Assembly (NCBI RefSeq): GCF_900319985.1
Contig: NZ_ONQL01000001.1
Reading direction: 5' to 3' (one strand)
Length of the DNA stretch: 64,000 nt
Source: an uncultured Methanobrevibacter sp.
Lineage (GTDB): Archaea; Methanobacteriota; Methanobacteria; Methanobacteriales; Methanobacteriaceae
The position numbers and the translations under genes are program-made. The notes below the pieces were generated by a model. It searched no databases. It had not been told where the DNA came from and was given only the letters and a program-made list of their open reading frames with translations. Of this stretch, positions 59,300 through 64,000 are shown piece by piece (position 1 is the first letter of the stretch; every line of letters begins with the position of its first letter).

Positions 59300-62200
59300 T
59301 TAACCTTTAACTTTTAAAGTTGTTTTAATAGTGTTTTTAAGATAGGTAACTTGTACAGTATAGGTTTTACCTTTTTTAAGTTTTTGAATAACATTTTTCT
59401 TAATGGTTACTTGAGCTACTCCCTTAGAATTGGTTTTATCAGAATATTTTTTACCATTAAGTTTAAATGTTACTTTTTTGCCTTTGATGGCTTTACTGTT
59501 TTTCAAAGTGGCTTTTAAAACAAGTTTTTTAGCGGATTTCTTAACGGTCTTTTTAGTGGTTTTAAGAACCTGCTTTACCTTAACAGTATTTTTAACAGTT
59601 TGGCCTTTGTATGTTGCAGTTATTGTGTAAGTTCCAGGTTTGACGGTATCTGGTATTTTTAATGTTGCTAAACCATTAGCATTTGTTTTGATTTTATATG
59701 TCTTTTTGTTGAGTTTTACAGTTATAATCTGATTTGCACTCACCAAATTACCATCATTGCCATAGACCTTAAATTTATAGCTTGTACCGTCAAAGTAGTA
59801 CATGTTAATGTTGGCATTTCCGCTAAATCTGGATACAACTTTAATGGTGTTTTTAGCTATTTCACCAGTTTCTGGATTAAAAATTTCAATTGTTTGAGAT
59901 TTGGTCAATTTGACAAAATTTAAGTCAATACAACCATTAACATCAGTTTCAAACATTTTTTCAATACCATTGACTGTTATATTAACTATAGTATTGCTTA
60001 AAATAATGCCAATACTGTTCAAAATTTTAATTTTGTAGTCATAATCACTATTATATCCTCTTGTAATGTCCTGAGAGAGTATGGTACTGTCTATGATAAC
60101 TGAGTATAAAACATCGGTTCCATTATAATCTATTATTAGATTATATCTTCCAGGGTCAAGACTCACGCCAATTTTAGATGTTCCATTCTCATCAGCCACA
60201 ACTGTTGCAGTTATACCATTTATTTCGAAAGTTACCTCTTCACCTGGATTGACATTAGCGGTTATAGGAGTATCTGCACCATAATATCTTTTCAATCCGT
60301 TAACATGTATATTTGGATTTGTGTAAACTTTAATAGCTGCAATGTTTTCATCTAAAGTTAAATCAACAATTTTTCCGTTAACATATTTAACTGATGCATT
60401 TTCGGGAATCTTATTTCTTGAAGATGCTGTTGGAAGTCTAAGGGCTGTGACATTTACAGAAAAACTCATACCTTTATTCACTCCAATAAACTTGTTCAAT
60501 GGAATAATCTGATATCCTGAATATAATGCATTTCCGCTTTGAGTATAAACTTCTTTACCTTCTATAGAAATACTGATGGTATAATTCTGATTAGTTTTTT
60601 CAAAATAAGTCCCGATTGCAGAAATCACATCATCACCATCAGCCACAAAGGTATTAACGAAAATTGAAGGCACTGTCAAGTTATCTAAAAGTTTATTGAG
60701 TTCTTCTAGAGGTAAATCTATTTCAGAAGCGGTTAAATTCCTTATAACATCTCTTTGAAAAGTTAAACTTCCAGAAACATCATATTGGTAAATTTTTTTA
60801 TAGGATACATTTGGATCAATTACAAATCCAACTATAGTCACGTCATTAACAAATGCTGAAGCATCATAATATGAAACGTAATAATATCCTTCATCTCCCC
60901 AGTCAGACCCCCAACTATTTTTGATAATCCATGCACCATTGCCTGGAGGTGTTATTTTGAAGTTGCTTGCAGAATAATTGTCATCCCATCCCACTAAAGT
61001 AACCGCATGATCGCTTCTTGTTGATTTGTTTGAAAATGCAGCGTAAGTTTCATTATTATAATCTAAACCATCATCTTCAGTAGCTAAAAGACTTACAGCC
61101 AAAGCCCCATATTTGACCAAAACTTCTTTGATTCTGTAATTGTCTGATATGTTCTTACGGGAATCTATAAAAATAGCTTGATATGCATAATATTTGGCCA
61201 TATCCTCAAATACAGGAGATATTTTTCCAAATTGGTCATAAGTATCATTTTCTTCATCAATACCTCCAAAACTTATGAAATATACAGCACCTTTGTCACC
61301 ATTACCTCCTTCTTCACCGGAGCCTCCTTGTTCATAGTACATTATTGCTAAATTTCTTTCATTGTTTTCAGAAATATCAACAATCAAAGTTCCGTTTGTT
61401 GCTTTTAATAATGCTGATTCAAGTGATGCAGCTGTTGCAAAAGACCAGCATGAACCCATTCTGCCTTGATTTTTAACAGAAGTTACTAATCCATAATTAC
61501 GTAAATCAAATGAAGAAGCATTAGCCAAACTCAAATCAAAAGTAATGGGATTGTACGCTATTGGAATGTTATTCAATTCATAAGTATATTTATAATATGT
61601 TTGATTTAGCATATTTTTACCATCTATAAAAGTATTATTTTTTAAAATGGCAGCTTCGCCATCAAAAAATGAATTGATATTTAAAACATTCCCTTTAAAG
61701 TAAGAATTTGAAATGGCGTAATTAGAATCATAAGCATATAATGAACCGACATTATTTGTGAAGTTTGATTTGTTGATTGTTAAATTGCCTAAATCATTGA
61801 AAATAGCTCCACTGACCTCTGATTGATTTGCTTTATTATTGTCGAATAATAAATTGTCAAAATCAGCAGTTACATGAGAAATGTAGATTGCTCCACCTTT
61901 CCAGTAAGCGTTATTATCTTTGAAAATTGTGTCTGATATTTTTAATGTGCCGTGCAACTGAATCAATGCTCCTCCAAAGTTTGATGAGCAATCAATAAAC
62001 TTGGAATTGTTAATTATACATGACCCATTATAATCCATTGGATTGGCTCCGCCAATGTCAAGTAATATTGCACCTGCATTTTTTCTTGATGAAACATTCC
62101 TGAAAGTACAGTTTTCAATTGAAATGCTTTTTGCGATTTCTTTAAAGCCTAATGCTCCTGCTGTGACATTGGCATATAAATCAGTGAAGTTACAATTTTT

Positions 62201-62923
62201 AATTATTCCGCTACTGGTTTCAACATGAAGTACAGTAGTATAGTCTGAAATCAAATTTGAGAAATTAGTATCTTGGATTGTGAATTTAGATTCCCTAATT
62301 TCAATTAAACCCCATTGCAAATGACCATCACTTTTGAAAATATCATTTTTAATACTTAAAGTTGAGTTATCGCTTATGAAAATTGCAGAACCGAATTTAA
62401 CTGCAAGATTATTTACAAATTTGTCATTAACGCTGGTATAGGTGGCATTTTCAGCAAGAATTGCTCCTCCATTTTCTTTATCAAAATTATTGTCAAAAGT
62501 TACATTATTGGTTGTTAATGTGGCATTTTTTATAAATACTGCCGAACTGAAAGAATTTTTAATAACCAAATTATTTAGGACAACATTTGCTGAGTTGATT
62601 GTGAATATTCTTGATTGATTTGACCCGTCAATTATATGATTATTTCCATTGATAGTCAAATTTTTATTAATTTTAACCCCATCACTATAGTTTTTATCAA
62701 TATTTTCATCAAATGCATAATCTTTTGTCAAATTGATTACATTATCATGTGACAAGTCATCATTTAAATCTTTAAACGTATTTTCAGAACTGGAAATAAT
62801 TTCCGAATCTTTTGATGAATGGATTGCCAAATCTTGTGTCTGATTAACGTCTTGACTTGAAACGGCACCTATTGAAAATATTAATATTAAAGTTAAAAAG
62901 ATAATTGTCGTATATATTTTCAA
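59300..62923 (-). CDS. Adhesin-like protein with beta-helix repeats, C1A cysteine protease and C-terminal Ig-like repeats
   Basis: Signal peptide; GGAI repeats; QGRMGSCWSF, DHAV, KNSWG triad; Lys-rich TN.KG.A C-terminus; TTG start after GGAGG. Confidence 0.92.
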   Translation of the reverse strand: MKIYTTIIFLTLILIFSIGAVSSQDVNQTQDLAIHSSKDSEIISSSENTFKDLNDDLSHDNVINLTKDYAFDENIDKNYSDGVKINKNLTINGNNHIIDGSNQSRIFTINSANVVLNNLVIKNSFSSAVFIKNATLTTNNVTFDNNFDKENGGAILAENATYTSVNDKFVNNLAVKFGSAIFISDNSTLSIKNDIFKSDGHLQWGLIEIRESKFTIQDTNFSNLISDYTTVLHVETSSGIIKNCNFTDLYANVTAGALGFKEIAKSISIENCTFRNVSSRKNAGAILLDIGGANPMDYNGSCIINNSKFIDCSSNFGGALIQLHGTLKISDTIFKDNNAYWKGGAIYISHVTADFDNLLFDNNKANQSEVSGAIFNDLGNLTINKSNFTNNVGSLYAYDSNYAISNSYFKGNVLNINSFFDGEAAILKNNTFIDGKNMLNQTYYKYTYELNNIPIAYNPITFDLSLANASSFDLRNYGLVTSVKNQGRMGSCWSFATAASLESALLKATNGTLIVDISENNERNLAIMYYEQGGSGEEGGNGDKGAVYFISFGGIDEENDTYDQFGKISPVFEDMAKYYAYQAIFIDSRKNISDNYRIKEVLVKYGALAVSLLATEDDGLDYNNETYAAFSNKSTRSDHAVTLVGWDDNYSASNFKITPPGNGAWIIKNSWGSDWGDEGYYYVSYYDASAFVNDVTIVGFVIDPNVSYKKIYQYDVSGSLTFQRDVIRNLTASEIDLPLEELNKLLDNLTVPSIFVNTFVADGDDVISAIGTYFEKTNQNYTISISIEGKEVYTQSGNALYSGYQIIPLNKFIGVNKGMSFSVNVTALRLPTASSRNKIPENASVKYVNGKIVDLTLDENIAAIKVYTNPNIHVNGLKRYYGADTPITANVNPGEEVTFEINGITATVVADENGTSKIGVSLDPGRYNLIIDYNGTDVLYSVIIDSTILSQDITRGYNSDYDYKIKILNSIGIILSNTIVNITVNGIEKMFETDVNGCIDLNFVKLTKSQTIEIFNPETGEIAKNTIKVVSRFSGNANINMYYFDGTSYKFKVYGNDGNLVSANQIITVKLNKKTYKIKTNANGLATLKIPDTVKPGTYTITATYKGQTVKNTVKVKQVLKTTKKTVKKSAKKLVLKATLKNSKAIKGKKVTFKLNGKKYSDKTNSKGVAQVTIKKNVIQKLKKGKTYTVQVTYLKNTIKTTLKVKG

Positions 62924-63069
62924 AATTTATTCCTCCATTTGAATTTTATGCATATTTTTATTAGAAATAATATAAAAATTAATCTAAAAAATTGAAAAAT
63001 TTTGAAAAAAAATTCAATCTAATAACTTTCTGATAATGCAATCCATATAGTGGGAATTCAAGCAATGTT

Positions 63070-63355
63070 GTGGTTTGAAGGAGTTGGATGTAGAAGAAAT
63101 TATTAATACCGTCGAACCAAAATATCAAATAATGAAAAAATTAATCGTGTGATTTGGCATTATATTCATTGCTTGCGATTATTGATTGCAGACATATAAC
63201 AGAACATATCAAAATAGCGACAAAAATCTATTGAAATTAGATGGACGGGCAGTATCACTGAACGAATCACCGATGAGTATAGAACGGTTTCAAGTGCTGG
63301 AAGATAAATAATCATTTAAAAGACATTCTTGAAATTGAAGTGATAAAAAAATAAT
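63070..63355 (+). pseudogene. Possible decayed gene remnant
   Basis: Short protein-like frames (LKELDVEEIINTVEPKYQIMKK; TERITDEYRTVSSAGR; LKDILEIEVIKK*) broken by stops or frameshifts. Confidence 0.3.
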
Positions 63356-63367
63356 AATGTGATTACT

Positions 63368-64000
63368 ATGACAATTCTACCACAATTGCCTTTATATGTG
63401 ATAGCAATAATCTGTGGATTACTTTCTTTTTCTGTAACCAGATTATTCATGCCGAAGATTATTCAAAAATTAGAAGAAGCTGACATTGTCGGAAAAGATA
63501 TTCACAAATCATGGAAGCCTGTTGTAGCGGAAATGGGTGGTTTTGGAATAATATTCGGTTTTGTAATTGGAATGTTTTCTGGAATTTACATGCATGATAT
63601 TCTTGCATTTACATTAGTGGGCACTTTCATCAAGGTCAAAATTCTTTTTGCTTTTCATTGCAGGCCTTCCTTTGATGTGGGCGGCACCACCTAATGTGGG
63701 TATTGTATATTTGATTTCAATGCCTATAGCTCTTTCAATAGGATCCAATCTAACAAACATGCTTGCAGGTTTAAACGGTATTGAATCCGGTTTAGGTGTT
63801 ATTTCAATGACATCACTAACAATTGCATGTATAATTTTGAGTAAATACGATGTAACAATTATATCCATGAGTATGCTGGGTGCATTGCTTGCATTTTTAT
63901 ACTTCAACAGATATCCTGCTAAAATTTTCCCGGGCGATACAGGAACACTGATTATTGGTGCGGCTATCGTATGTATTGCATTCCTTGGTAGGGTAAAACT
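63368..64000 (+). pseudogene. Glycosyltransferase family 4 (AglH/GPT/MraY-like), frameshifted at 63620/63621; truncated by the window edge
   Basis: GKDIHK..VAEMGG in one frame; ALSSRSKF..NMLAGLNG.E..FNRYPAKIFPGDTG in the +1 frame; the GxxDD segment is absent. Confidence 0.8.

Noticed and set aside
63614..63907. Track ORF 63614..63907(-), and other short ORFs nested in long genes
   Set aside because: Antisense or alternate-frame shadows with no RBS or recognisable motifs

Overview
AT-rich archaeal chromosomal segment. Gene content (pseudomurein-type Mur ligase, mtxX, hdrABC, comADE, cofH, cPGS, adhesin-like C1A protease) points to a Methanobacteriales methanogen, most likely Methanobrevibacter. 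No CRISPR array, IS element, integrase or prophage was found. The left third is rich in DNA-repair genes: nurA-herA, an inserted HEPN/acidic-partner pair, mre11-rad50, a UvrD helicase with an Fe-S PD-(D/E)XK nuclease, and a divergent MrfA/Hrq1-like DUF1998 helicase with TPRs. The most striking unexplained signal is a shared non-palindromic box, TTTTCAA(A/C)TG(GA)CTCTC. It sits 23-25 nt (exactly 25 in three of four cases) upstream of the TATA box of all four repair transcription units, and I did not see it at other promoters here. It is a candidate SOS-like, activator-controlled DNA-damage regulon. The middle holds housekeeping and methanogen genes, tRNA-Ala(GGC), and a coenzyme M locus in which a ComF-like marker-16 gene is co-operonic with a divergent HdrCBA whose fused MvhD domain has lost its cysteines. 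Also present are several small ORFs missed by the ORF track, structured leaders, two pseudogene-like regions and a frameshifted GT4/AglH-like gene at the right edge. All product calls come from motif recognition by eye, not database searches.
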